Assembly: GCA_964016885.1 (NCBI GenBank)
Contig: OZ024742.1
Coordinates: forward strand, 289,974,001 to 290,038,000
Direction of reading: 5' to 3'
Length of the DNA stretch: 64,000 nt
Origin: Eledone cirrhosa
Lineage: Eukaryota
Shown here: in pieces, positions 26,632 to 38,551 of the stretch
Numbering within the stretch: position 1 is the first letter of the stretch
Layout of the letters: each line of letters begins with the position of its first letter
Translations under genes and position numbers: made by a program
The notes under the pieces: generated by a model
Told to the model about the DNA's origin: nothing
Seen by the model: only the letters and a program-made list of their open reading frames with translations
Database searches by the model: none

Positions 26632-28085
26632 TAATTGAACAAACACTCCTCTCCTCCTCCTTATCTTTCTCTCCCTCCCCTTCTCTGATCATTCTCTCCT
26701 CTTCCTCATCCAATGTTAACTTTTGGAACTCTTATCTCAGTGCTGTCTCTTCTCTCCATGCTTCCATACATTTTTACTTGGTTTCTTTATATTGGTTTTA
26801 TTATTATTATTGTTTTTGTTTTTCTGTTAGCTTTACAAAACTTTCCAACCCTGATTATTATTATTATTCTATTTTCTGGTCACATCAGTACAAGAGACAT
26901 AGGAATTCTTTTTTTCAAATATATAGATGAAAAAAAAACAACAAAAAATAACAAGCATAGACTATGAAATAACACAAGAACTGGCTATTTAGGTCATTCA
27001 CATATAATATGAGGGATTATAAACTGTTTATTTGTGACTGAATTATATTCGATAGCGATGAAAGCAACAATGATGATGATGGCAGGAGAAAACCAAATAT
27101 AGAAGAAAATTAAATGTAACTCTTAATGTCCTGCACAACATGAAACTGCATTAGCAAAACATTCTTGAAAAATACCAAGCAACACCATGGCTGCATCACA
27201 TCAAATATTAAACTCTTTGCTCTAATACTGCAAATTTTCACAAGAATCTGTCCATCAGTAGAGATACTATAAACATTTGAATTAACATTGTTTTTAGATA
27301 TTTTCTGCAAAATCATTACAGGATGTTAAAAGTTAGAGAATTCCGCTGAGAAGTAAGAAAGAAAGAAAGAACATTGCTTAGAGATTAAAAAGAAAAGACA
27401 TACAGTTGATTAATTGTTCCTAATTAATCAACATTCTCTTGTTAATCAAATATAACAGTTATGGGTGAAGGAAATCGGTATTTTAAATAAAATAACCCCA
27501 AACCCAACAAAAAAAAAAAACGTTAAAATTATATGGCCGAATTGTTTTTGTTTTTTGAAAAAGGACAAAAAAAAATAATAAAATGAAAGACTATTTATAC
27601 CATAAAGCAGAAAGGCAAGCATGGCTTACCCAATTTACCTGAATATAACATATTGCTATTTATTACTTATTGACGACCTTGCATACTGTTGCTCTTGTCG
27701 ATACAGTTTTCATACTGTTTCCTACCTACTCCTGTTCTGCCACTTATTATCATTATGAAAGGATTCTATATATATATTTGTTGAAGTGACTTAACGGAGC
27801 GATACACAAATTGTTGAGTTTGTTTTTTAACCCTATTTCATTTGATAACTCGATATTTTTATTTGTAGATTTAGTAGTTAAGATTTTCTTTGTTTTCTGT
27901 CCTTCATATCAATAATAATAATAATAATAATAATAATGGAGTACTTCTTGAGAAGAAAATATTTACGAATAATGTATAAAGAATATATATGAAACTACCA
28001 ATAAATTTTACTGCCATTGTAGAAATAGATGGAATTTAGAAGCCAAATAAAAACCACATACTAAAGAAGAATAAAAAAAAAAAAT
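26632..28085 (+). other. Probable ZER1 3' UTR
   Basis: Stretch with no recognisable transposons after the stop; AATAAA signals clustered near 28000, 28046 and 28070; end is inferred. Confidence 0.5.
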
Positions 28086-28516
28086 TTAAAAAACTTAACA
28101 AAATTTGTTGAATTTTTTATTATTTTATTTATTAATCAGTATAGTTTTATATGAAAGATGTTATTTTAGGAAAGTAGTACAATGTATGTTAGAAATAAAG
28201 GAGTGGAAAAAAAAGAATAAAGTGTGTGGGTATATATGGTATGGCCCCTCGTATTTACAGGCGTTTCTTGGGCATTTTAAGCCTGGCGGAGCCCATCCCT
28301 CTCCAGGCCTGAGCATAGTGGATTTCTTCCAGAGAGAGGAAGAATCAACCCCAGTACTAAACTGGTACTTTTTTTATCGACCTCAAAAGGTTGAAAGGCA
28401 AAGTTGACCTTGGTGGGATTTGAACTCAGAGAGCCAGAATGAATACCATACAGTATTCTATCCAACATTGTAACAACTCTACCAATTCGCTGCATATATA
28501 TATATATATATATTTT

Positions 28517-31500
28517 CTAGCAGTTTAGCCCGAGGTTGTTCATTTGCTAGGAAAAGTTACAAACAGGTAAACGTGGCTTGAAAGCGAATAAGCTTATCAA
28601 TTAAGTGCATAAAGCAGTTGAACGGTTATTAAATGTTACAAACCAATTAGCATTTTTGACAATCAATGATGGGTTAATAATCTTCCAATAGCGAATTTAG
28701 TAGACCAAAGTTGCAAGGTGGTGGCCCTGATGCCGCTGGGTGTCAGATCTGTCCGCCATGGGTGACCCTACCAGGAAATAGTTTTCCAGACGGCATAGCT
28801 CCAACATCTATAGCACCTCTTTGCAGACGATATTGCCTTGAGGAGTGTAAGCAAAAAGTCCATTCCTGCTCCCTACGCGGGAACAGGCAACATGAAGTGG
28901 CCATGGGAGAAGCATGGCTCCGCCACCGACAATGTTAGCCCCTGTAACTTGTTAATGGTCTCACCAGGAATTGGGATATCTGACACCGAGGGGAAAAGGT
29001 TCATCCTTGGAATGAAAACATTCTCCCCTCTCCCGCACCCCCATTACAATGGTGGCCTCAATCACGTGTGGCGTCAGTGACTTAACGACCATGCGAGTAC
29101 AGTTGCACTGCTTTGGTGGACGCAAGTTCCTTATTAGCATAATGGGACAGCCAACTAAGCTTAAGAATGTGAGGTGGGGGCTCAAGGGAATTGAATAACT
29201 CAACCGGATAATTAACGATATCGTTGGGTTCGGATGTCCGGTCGATAGATTTGAAGATGTGCTCTTTACCGGGAATCTTCTCAATCAGCTGCTCGTTAAT
29301 AAAATTAACCATGGTATTTTTCGGAGCAAGGATGGCTCTTTCGCTGAGCCAATCGAGGTTTTTAAAGTTAGATGAGACATTAGGAAAAACTGCTTCCCAA
29401 AGGTCAGAAGGGCTGCTCACAATGTTGCACAGGGAGTCGATTGCTATGCCGTCCTTGTCATCCGCAGAGACCTTGCCCTCACCAAGTGCTAAAATGTTCT
29501 GAGCAAATGCTGCAGACATGTTGTCACCATGCAAATGAGCACGCATATTTGTGCTCAGGTACAAACTCTTCACCTGGAGCCACAACATGGACGACTTAAG
29601 GCAGGCACGCACTTCATCAGCTCTTGTCCCTTTGGGGATGACAGGCAGCGTTTGCCGAAAATCCCCTGATAGCAGAAGGGTTACGCCACCCACAGGAGCC
29701 GTAGAATCCCTAATGTCTTTCAGCGTCCTGTCCAATGCCTCAAGAGCACCCTTGTGTGCCATTGTGCACTCATCCCAAACAATGAGGCAACATTTTTTGA
29801 GAACCAGAGCTTCGTGTGAACTCTTGCTGATATTGCATGTTGGTGTCTCAGTTTTTACTAAATCCAAGGGGAGTTTAAAGGTTGAATGTGCTGTCCTGCC
29901 TCCCGGCAGCAAAGTAGCAGCGATCCCGGACGATGCAACGGCCAACGCAATTTTTTTCTCCTGACGAATCTTAGCGAGAATCAATTTCGTTACAAAAGTT
30001 TTTCCGGTACCCCCAGGAGCATCGAGAAAGTAAATACCCCCAGTCTGATTTTGACCGCGTCAATGATAGTTAAATAGGCCAACCTTTGGTCCGACAGAAG
30101 TTTGGGATCATTTTCCTCTAAGTATTGGGAAAGAGATTCAATGTCATATGCTGTTTCTCGCAACAAATCTGGGGCCAACGCGTTAGCTTCCTCTCTGACG
30201 GTTGATGGCAAGCCATACGTCACCAACTCACTCCCACCCATGTCGAGGAGGGCGTCCTCGATATCAATGAGTGCTCTGTTGTAGATAATGTCACTGTAAC
30301 CAACTTCCACTGAAGGATACTGCAGATGAGCCAGGCATAGGAAGTCCTCAGACATGAAGTCTGTACTTGACCCATAAAGATTTGGGATCACCCAATTCAC
30401 ACTTTTGAAGCAAAATGGCAAAGAGTTCCCGTAGACCTTTAGGTGATTTCAACAAAGCACCCTCTGCTAAAGTGGAATCCCATTGCGAATCATCTTCCAA
30501 AAGACCACGATTAAAGCAGGCTTCTCGGTACGTATCACATATTTCTCCATCAACAGTTTTGAGGTCCTGAAAACTTTGTGGGCCTACAACTTCATGCAGA
30601 AGAAGGCAGAGATGAAAGCACTCATGCTGACTCGGGGGCACAGTGTAAACCCTTCCAAGACAGCTGTCAAATTTTACACCAGGATGTCTTTCAACAGCCT
30701 GACCTGACTATCTTCGCACCCAAGTGTTTTTCGACCATATAAAGTAGGATGGAACCTGGCGGTACACAATTGTTTACGCAAATGTATCGAACTGGCAAAG
30801 TTTGAAGAAACCCGTCAGAGTGGTCTCTTTCGGATCAGCGGCCAGCTTGGCGGCGGTTTGGTCCGTAAAGTAAAGCCTTTGCCCATTTTCCAAATGTACT
30901 GCTAGCTGTACGATGGCGGGGTGCCGTTGGTGTAGGGATAAATCAAATAGGCGCCAAAAAATCTTGATTGCTACTGATGTACCACCCCGCCAGGTATTCT
31001 GTGACCTTGTCCCTGCTATTTTCAGCTTGAAATGCGAACATTGCGGCATCAGAGCCCTTATTTACATATTTGCATATGTATTTTATCGACTTGACGGAGT
31101 TACAAAACTCAATGTTGATGTGGGCGTTGAACATCTTCAAGAGAAGCGGGTAGTAAGGGACCACCCATCTATTGTCGACTTGACCTCCCTTTACTGTTGT
31201 GGTGAAGCCACCATTCTTGGGCAGTCTGAGCCTGGTCAAAACATTTTTTGGGGTACCCCTTACTGCACAACCCCCCTTTCAGACACGTGTGATGCTCATT
31301 AGGACCCAACGCACACGGACCATGTTAGCTTTGACAATGTCATGTAATTCCTGGTCAGTTGCTGGGTTAGGGATTTCAGCTGAAATGAAGCTGTCTATGG
31401 CATTTGAATTGATTTTATCAGCTAACCAAATCAAAATGAGAGCATGTGGCAGCCCTCGTTTTTGCCATTTGACGGTGAACATGTCACATTTTACAGCCCC

Positions 31501-32085
31501 AAATACCTGACCCTTTTTGATTAAAGCCATGAGTTTAGCCAGTTTCAGTCTGAACACTCTGGCAATGAGGTTATGTCTGTTCGAATAATTTTGCCCAGGA
31601 AAAAGTTCACGGGTTACATTCCGATTCATGTCTATAGCATTAATCTGTTATATGAAGTGTTATTTTGCGGGTTGCTATTTGCAATAAACCGATTGAAAGT
31701 GCCCCAGATAAGCCGTATGTCAATACGGAACGCTCCACTGCAGTGTTGTCATATAGGGAGTGAAGAGTTACAGAGATAGTAAAGCAGTTAAATTATAGAG
31801 AGAGGGAATATACAGAACGGTCCATTTGATCATACACATTCTTTCTCTCTCTGCAGTGTTGTCATATAGGGAGTGAAGAGCGACAGCGAGAGTAAAGCAG
31901 TTAAATTATAGAGAGGGGGAATGATCATGATCGATTTTTGCCCTTATTGTTGATGGATTTGAAATGTTTTTGTTTCATGATCTTTTCCTGACCAAAAGCA
32001 ATAATTATCCCGACTTTGAATAGAATCCGTTGGAAATTGTGGACGTGAATCCGTTACAAATCTTAACACACACATCCTCAGATTT
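28517..32085 (-). mobile_element. Helitron, decayed RepHel (HUH Rep plus Pif1 helicase), internally deleted
   Basis: WQKRGLPH and IKYICKYVNKG Rep motifs; ASSGIAATLLPGGRTAHS, VWDE and GDFRQTLPV Pif1 motifs; CTAG 3' end at 28517-28520; frameshifts. Confidence 0.93.
29082..29984 (-). pseudogene. Helitron Pif1-like helicase domain (largest open segment)
   Basis: 300-aa ORF with SF1B/Pif1 motifs Ia-IV; Walker A lies upstream across a frameshift. Confidence 0.9.
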
Positions 32086-32412
32086 ATGGCTTAGTGGTTA
32101 GAGCATTGGCCTTGCAATCGAAAGGTTGTGAGTTCAATTCTCAGACCGGATGATGTGTTGTTTCCTTGAGCAAGACACTTTATTTCACATTGCTCCAGTT
32201 TACTCAGCTGTAGAAATGAGATGATAGGACTGGGTTCCCTATCATTCCACTGCAGAGTGGTCGTGGAGGTGCCACGGCAAAAAAGCACCCAGCACTCACT
32301 GTAAATGAGGTTGGTGTTAGGAAAGGCATCCAGCTGTAGAAATCAAGCCAGAATCAGTTCCCATCCCACCCTTGCAAGCAGGGAAAAGCGGACGTAAAAT
32401 GATGATGATGAT
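32086..32412 (+). mobile_element. CORE-type SINE (family B) inserted at the Helitron 5' terminus
   Basis: Near identical to the 21082-21426 copy; ends in GATGATGAT. Confidence 0.85.
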
Positions 32413-32528
32413 ATATATATGTCCCAAAGCTCTGATACCATCAACATCAGAATGAAAGCAATTTTAGTTGCTTTCAAGAAACCACTGGTAAATGAAATAA
32501 TTAGCTTATGTTGTTTATTACATAACTA

Positions 32529-32566
<38 letters not shown>

Positions 32567-32750
32567 AGTTATGGAAGCAGAAAATTGCTTAATGTGATCC
32601 AGTTCGTGGTTAAGAAAGCCAGTTTCATGGATGGTTTCAATGTACGGTTAGGGGTAACTCCACAAGTTTGTAAGAATTCCGTTCAATCTTGGAGTATAAA
32701 GTATAAAGGAGAAAACACAGGTAAGCATTAAGAGAATGATTTTATCCAGG

Positions 32751-32851
32751 TATTTACGACCGTTTCATTGGTAAGTGCAACCTTATATTGCTATACTGCA
32801 AATAACAGCGACTCAATTATAATTGTTGTTCACGTCCAAATTTTCAAAATA
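32751..32851 (-). ncRNA. Putative type I hammerhead ribozyme in PLE 1 3' region (U3-A8 variant)
   Basis: tatt-TTGAAAA-long stem II (ttgg...ccaa)-GAAAC ggtc GTA-aata. Confidence 0.5.
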
Positions 32852-33657
32852 GTGAGTAAGTTACTCTTGAAATAGTTTTTAATATAGAGAAAAACATTAT
32901 TTTGGAATTGTATTTACTAGTATAGAGAGAGAGGAAGAGGAATTAGAAGGTGAGGGGACAAACGGAATAGTATAGAGAGAGAGGAAGGGGGAGAAGAGTT
33001 AGGAAGTAGAGTGACAAACTGAGATGGAGGGAGGGGTAGAGGTGGAAGGATTCCTTGATCAGTTTTGATATGTAGACTTTATGTCGTGGAATGTAGTGAG
33101 TTAAAGAGAATTAAATTGATCATAGTGGGAAGGATGGATAGAGAGAGAGAGGGGGGAGATATATATATAAAGATAAAGATAATAATGACAAAAATAAAAG
33201 CAAAGAAGCGGGGAGAAAGAAGAAAAGAAAAGATAGCCAAAAAGGGGAGGGAAGGAAGGAAGAAAATGAAGAAATAGAAGAGGAATGAAGGAGAAGGGGG
33301 GAATATAGGTATTGGTTTTTGTGGGTAATTAAAAGGGTTTAGATACAACAAGAAGGTATAAAGTCTAAGTATATGCAATTTGTCAGTTGGTAGTAAGAGG
33401 TTAAGGGTTGGATTTGCATTTGTAGTGCGAAAACTTTTCTTTGGGTCTATGGTTACAATAAATTGATCTTTCGATTTTATTGTTGAGTAACTTATTCTTC
33501 GAACTCAAAATGTGGAACAGCTCAAGGTCACATAATTGACAGCTTCTCATACCACTTCGATATCGGGGCGCGTTCGATAATTTTTTCCACTTGAGGGTGT
33601 ATTGATGGTTACTTTCCCTCAGTTGCCAGGTCTTGTTTGCAAGGGTAGTTACATAAC

Positions 33658-33845
33658 TGTTTCTACTTTAGGCACAAGGCCAGCAAATTACCCAGTGCAT
33701 TACTGGTACTTTATTTTATCGACCCCGTAAGGATGAAAGGCAAAGTCAACCTCGGCGGGATTTGAACTCAGATCGTAAAGGGACGTAACTATGCTGGAAA
33801 ACATGGCATCCGACCCTCTACCGATACTGCCAATCTACCGCCATA
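33658..33845 (-). mobile_element. Family A SINE inserted in PLE GIY-YIG region with 17-bp TSD
   Basis: aagggtagttacataac at 33641-33657 and 33846-33862. Confidence 0.92.
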
Positions 33846-35505
33846 AAGGGTAGTTACATAACGATGCTGGGAATGTTTCATTGCGTAACGGTGTGTATAC
33901 CAACGGGCTTTAAATGTATTCCCAGTCGCTCCGATGTAATACCATTTCTGGTTGTCTGATTCCATTGTGCATTGGTAAACCAGGTTAGACTGCATACATT
34001 CATTATGTAATGGACAGGTTTCAGGTAGGTGGCAGTTACAATTCTTGTCATGGGCAACTTTGGCATTATTGGTGGGCTGCGATGCCTGTACAAGTGTGTT
34101 ACGTTTTGTTTGCCTATTAGTGGGTGGTTGTGTATTAGATATTCTGTTGTGTTCAATGGTGATTGTATTGTTATTGTTGTAAATTTGTGTTCTGGTGTTG
34201 TTATGTATCTTTTTAGCGTTAAGCATCTTAATGTGTGCCTCTATATTTGGTGCTGTGGAGTAAGATAGTCTAATAGATTTAGTGTTAAGGATTTTGCTGT
34301 ATCTATGTGAATCTGGAAAATGCTTATTTATTATTCTAAAGGTAGAGGGTAGGTTAGTACTAATAGAGATGTTAAATATGGGGTTATACCAAATATATTT
34401 TCTACTGCGTGACTTGTTTGATTTCGATATTGTATTTCTATTTACCGTATACTTTGTAGTTCTATGCGTAAGTGCGTGTGTGCGTGTGTTTCTGCAGTTT
34501 GTATTATGCGTGTTCGTGTGCGCTTTGTGGAGGCTTTCATCTATATATTCTACTCTATCTAAGTGGCTTGCCTTGTCTAATGCGGTATTGTAGTATTCTG
34601 CATGTTCTTCGAAGATTTGTCGGTTAGACGAGAGGCGGGAGATCCTAAGGGATATGCTGCGTGGAATGGATTTAATTATGGATAGTGGGTGGTTTGAGTT
34701 CCAGTTGATGTGTGCTAAGTTTCCATTAATCTTGTGAAAAGGTCTTATAAGTCCCGTATTTAGGTTAAGCGTCGCGTCTAGAAAGTTAACTGTTTTAGTG
34801 CTATACTCATACGTTATGTTAAGGCCTAGTTTCCCGAGAGTCTTTTAATATTCTTACTGAGTCTTTCTATGCTCTGGTTATTTAGATTCTTAACTAGGAG
34901 ATTCCACCGTGAAGGTCGCTAAACTCACTGTGTAAACTATGGGCTATGTAAATACCTACTAAATCTGAGACTTGAGCTGAGTCGTTAGCCCCCATTGATG
35001 TCAAAGTTATTTAATCTATCCTTACGTTCCCAATAGGCTTTTTCAAATTTAATTATTGTTTTCCTAGCAGCTAATATGATTTTTATCTCGTCGTCTGTTA
35101 GGTCAGAATTGGCTTTGGCGAATGCTAAGGCTTTATCCAAGGTGTTGGGGGATATAGAGGAGTAATAGTCGTTAATGTCAAATTGTATAAATTTAGATAC
35201 TTTTTTGTTAGCTATATTGTTAAACCACTTAATTGTTTTGGTACGTAAGGATAGATTAAATAACTTTGACATCACGATGGGGGCTAACGACTCAGCTCAA
35301 GTCACAGATTTAGTAGGTATTTACATAGCCCATAGTTTACACAGTGAGTTTAGCGACCTTCACGGTGGAATCTCATAGTTAAGAATCTAAATAACCAGAG
35401 CATAGAAAGACTCCGTAAGAATATTAGAAAGACTCTCGGGAAACTAGGCCTTATTTAATTAAAAAATAAATTAAAAAATGATTTAAATATCTACCTGTTC
35501 ATAAT

Positions 35506-35584
35506 GCTATTACCGGCGGTTTCCATTTACAAAAGATTAGAAATTCAGTGAATTTCCAACGGAAAGTAAATTTCATCAGATAGC
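35506..35584 (-). ncRNA. Type I hammerhead ribozyme motif
   Basis: gctat-CTGATGA-a atttac...gtaaat g-GAAAC cgccg GTA-atagc. Confidence 0.78.
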
Positions 35585-35982
35585 TATTTCCATTCTATAG
35601 GACTTAAGTCCCACGGTCTGCAAATATAATGCCAACTACCAGCTCGTATGAGTTATGGCCGTTAAAGTGACCCACACGTGAACCGGCCGCTAGTGAAAGC
35701 AGGAATATTACAGACGTGTTGATGGCTTTGCTGCTAAAAAAATAGCAGTAAGCAACAACGAATTTTTTCTCTACATAGATTGGAGAATATATAAAAATGA
35801 GGTAAATATCTCACCGAGTACTAAGTACCCATAGAGATATATAGGGCGTCTATAATATAATTGTTGTTCTATGGTACTAATTCGAGATACCAGAACTATA
35901 AAAATTGATGAGTAGAACAAACAAACATTAAACAATCTCTAAATAAATTTAAAAATGATTTAAATATCTACCTGTTCATAAT

Positions 35983-36061
35983 GCTATTACCGGCTGTTTC
36001 CATTTACAAAAGATTAGAAATTCAGAGAATTTCCAACGGAAAGTAAATTTCATCAGATAGC
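35983..36061 (-). ncRNA. Type I hammerhead ribozyme motif (second copy)
   Basis: Same as 35506-35584 with one change in stem III. Confidence 0.72.
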
Positions 36062-36209
36062 TATTTCCATTCTATATAATGTTTAATGTTTGTTTGTTTG
36101 TTTGTTTGTTCTGCTCATCAATACTCAGTGAGATATTTACCTCATTTTTATATATATAATATATATATATATATATAATATATATATATATATAATACAT
36201 ATATATATG

Positions 36210-36267
<58 letters not shown>

Positions 36268-36316
36268 AATAACATATATATTTATATAATATATATATAT
36301 AATACATATATATATG

Positions 36317-36390
<74 letters not shown>

Positions 36391-36395
<5 letters not shown>

Positions 36396-36939
36396 TTGGA
36401 GCTCTGAAATAGCAATATATATATGAATGTATATATAATGTATTTTGCAATACACTTTATGGTTAATTAAAAGCATTTTGAAGACCGTATGCTATTGTTT
36501 TAGTGTAGTGACAAACTCACTTACTTTAATCTCAGAAAACAAGGGGAGATAAGCCGACAAGGCCTTGTTTCGCATTTATTGATGCTTATCAAGGCTAACT
36601 ACTCCCTCCTGTCTACTGAGATCACTGATGTTATATTCTTATAGAATTATAGTAAATAATCAGGAAATGATTATACGGAGCGGTTGCCGGTCAGGCAGAA
36701 ATTAAAAATTAGAATTGGAGCTCTGAAATAGCAATATATATATGAATGTATATATAATGTATTTTGCAATACTCTTTATAAGCATCAATAAATGCGAAAC
36801 AAGGCCTTGTTGGCTTATCTCCCCTTGTTTGCTGAGATTAAAGTAAGTGAGTTTGTCACTACTCTAAAACGATAGCATACGGTCTTCAAAGTGCTTTTAA
36901 TTAAGCATAAAGTGTATTGCAAAATACATTATATATACA

Positions 36940-36945
<6 letters not shown>
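36391..36945 (-). mobile_element. Non-coding HHR element, 319-bp period with 5' fold-back, flanked by (TA)n
   Basis: 36391-36460 repeated at 36710; 36779-36945 is an inverted copy of about 36420-36588. Confidence 0.78.
36552..36596 (-). ncRNA. Minimal type I hammerhead ribozyme, U3-A8 core variant
   Basis: agcc-TTGATAA-gcat caataa atgc-GAAAC aaggcctt GTC-ggct; palindromic stem III. Confidence 0.75.
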
Positions 36946-36998
<53 letters not shown>

Positions 36999-37024
36999 TA
37001 TATACATAATATATATATATATAA

Positions 37025-37527
37025 CATCATCATCATCATCATCACCGTTTTACGTCCGTTCTTCCATGCTAGCATGGGTTAGACGGGTTGTCCTGTTGTG
37101 GGCAGTGTCTGGTCGGCTGACCATGCCTTGCTCATACAAGATCAAATTTTGGCTTGATTTCTACAGCTGGATGCCCTTCCTAACACCAACCTCATTTACA
37201 GTGTGGGCTGGGTGCTTTTTAGCCGTGGCACCTCCACGTCCACCTTGCAGTGGGAGGGTGTGGGGGCACATTGTCTATATGCAGTGGCAGTAGTTCCCTG
37301 AACTTCTTCTATCCCGTTCTTACCCTAGTTATTGTACTTTCTGAACACCCACTTCCGCTGCTAATTCGGTCACCTAGGTAGCAAAACCTGTCTACTGTTT
37401 CTACAGAGCCCTCCCAGAGATTGGTGGTACTTGTTTCCTGTGGCTCTTTGCTGCTTGCTGTCCCAGCACAGCTGCTGCATGTGAAGCCTACATTCTTAAT
37501 TAAGCTTCCTGAGATCCCGCTACATCA
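37025..37527 (-). mobile_element. RTE LINE fragment with internal deletion (PHD region joined to 3' UTR)
   Basis: Matches 22850-23095 and 23555-23860. Confidence 0.8.
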
Positions 37528-37534
37528 TATTATC

Positions 37535-37581
<47 letters not shown>

Positions 37582-37835
37582 ATATATGTATATAATATAT
37601 ATATATATAATATATATATATAATATATATATAATATATAATATATATATATAATATATATATACATAATTGTATCTACTTTTGGCACAAGGCCAGCAAT
37701 TACCCAGTACATTACTGGTACTTTATTTTATCGACCGCGTAAGGATGAAAGGCAAAGTTAACCTCGGCGGGATTTGAACTCAGAATGGCAAGGGCCGTAA
37801 CTCTGACCCTCTACTGATACTGCCAATCTACCACC

Positions 37836-37930
<95 letters not shown>

Positions 37931-37933
<3 letters not shown>

Positions 37934-38240
37934 TATGTATGTATACGTAGATACATATATGTATACAGACGTACAGTAGTATGTATATATATACATACAT
38001 GCACACATATATACATGCACGTATCGGTTTACCGAACATTTATTATTATGCTCGGTTTGTTTGTTTGTAAACAAACAAACAGCCCGAATTACGCCGTACA
38101 GTCTTAAGGCAACCACGTCAGCTTTTTGTTCAACACTGACACAGGAACGATGTACTAGTTCCAAGCTTATTAGTCAGCATCGTATAACTTCCTGCCAGAT
38201 GGTTGAACGTCTGAAAGTATATACTTTCCTTATGAATATT

Positions 38241-38243
<3 letters not shown>
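37931..38243 (-). repeat. Diverged solitary relative of the 468-bp HHR repeat, with degenerate HHR
   Basis: Shares ttaaggcaaccacgtca...ttcaacactgacacaggaacgatgtactagtt and gaaagtatatactttccttatgaa; flanked by (TA)n. Confidence 0.85.
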
Positions 38244-38274
<31 letters not shown>

Positions 38275-38275
38275 C

Positions 38276-38403
<128 letters not shown>

Positions 38404-38508
38404 TATATAAAATATATATATTTATTTTTGGATAGCCAGATTCCTGATGATTTCTAAAGAATCAAGCAGTTCTCGTCCTGTAGAATCTCATCTATATTAA
38501 AACTTATA

Positions 38509-38544
<36 letters not shown>

Positions 38545-38551
38545 TATATAC

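Larger units (their letters stand above)
32575..35453 (-). mobile_element. Penelope-like element 1 (RT plus C-terminal GIY-YIG), 5'-truncated with 5' inversion
   Basis: FIQFDINDYYSSI and MGANDSAQ RT motifs; CNCHLPETCPL linker; LVYQC...YIGAT...FKARW GIY-YIG; 35238-35453 is an inverted copy of 34820-35032. Confidence 0.9.
35455..36155 (-). mobile_element. Non-coding HHR element, 477-bp direct repeat with 5' inverted piece
   Basis: ~135 bp repeated at 477-bp spacing; 36080-36155 is an inverted, internally deleted copy of 35788-35937. Confidence 0.75.

Noticed and set aside
29082-29984. Host PIF1 gene
   Set aside because: Intronless, frameshifted, adjacent to HUH Rep motifs and a CTAG terminus, so it is a Helitron
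32086-32150. tRNA gene
   Set aside because: tRNA-like A/B boxes are the head of a multi-copy SINE; no complete cloverleaf
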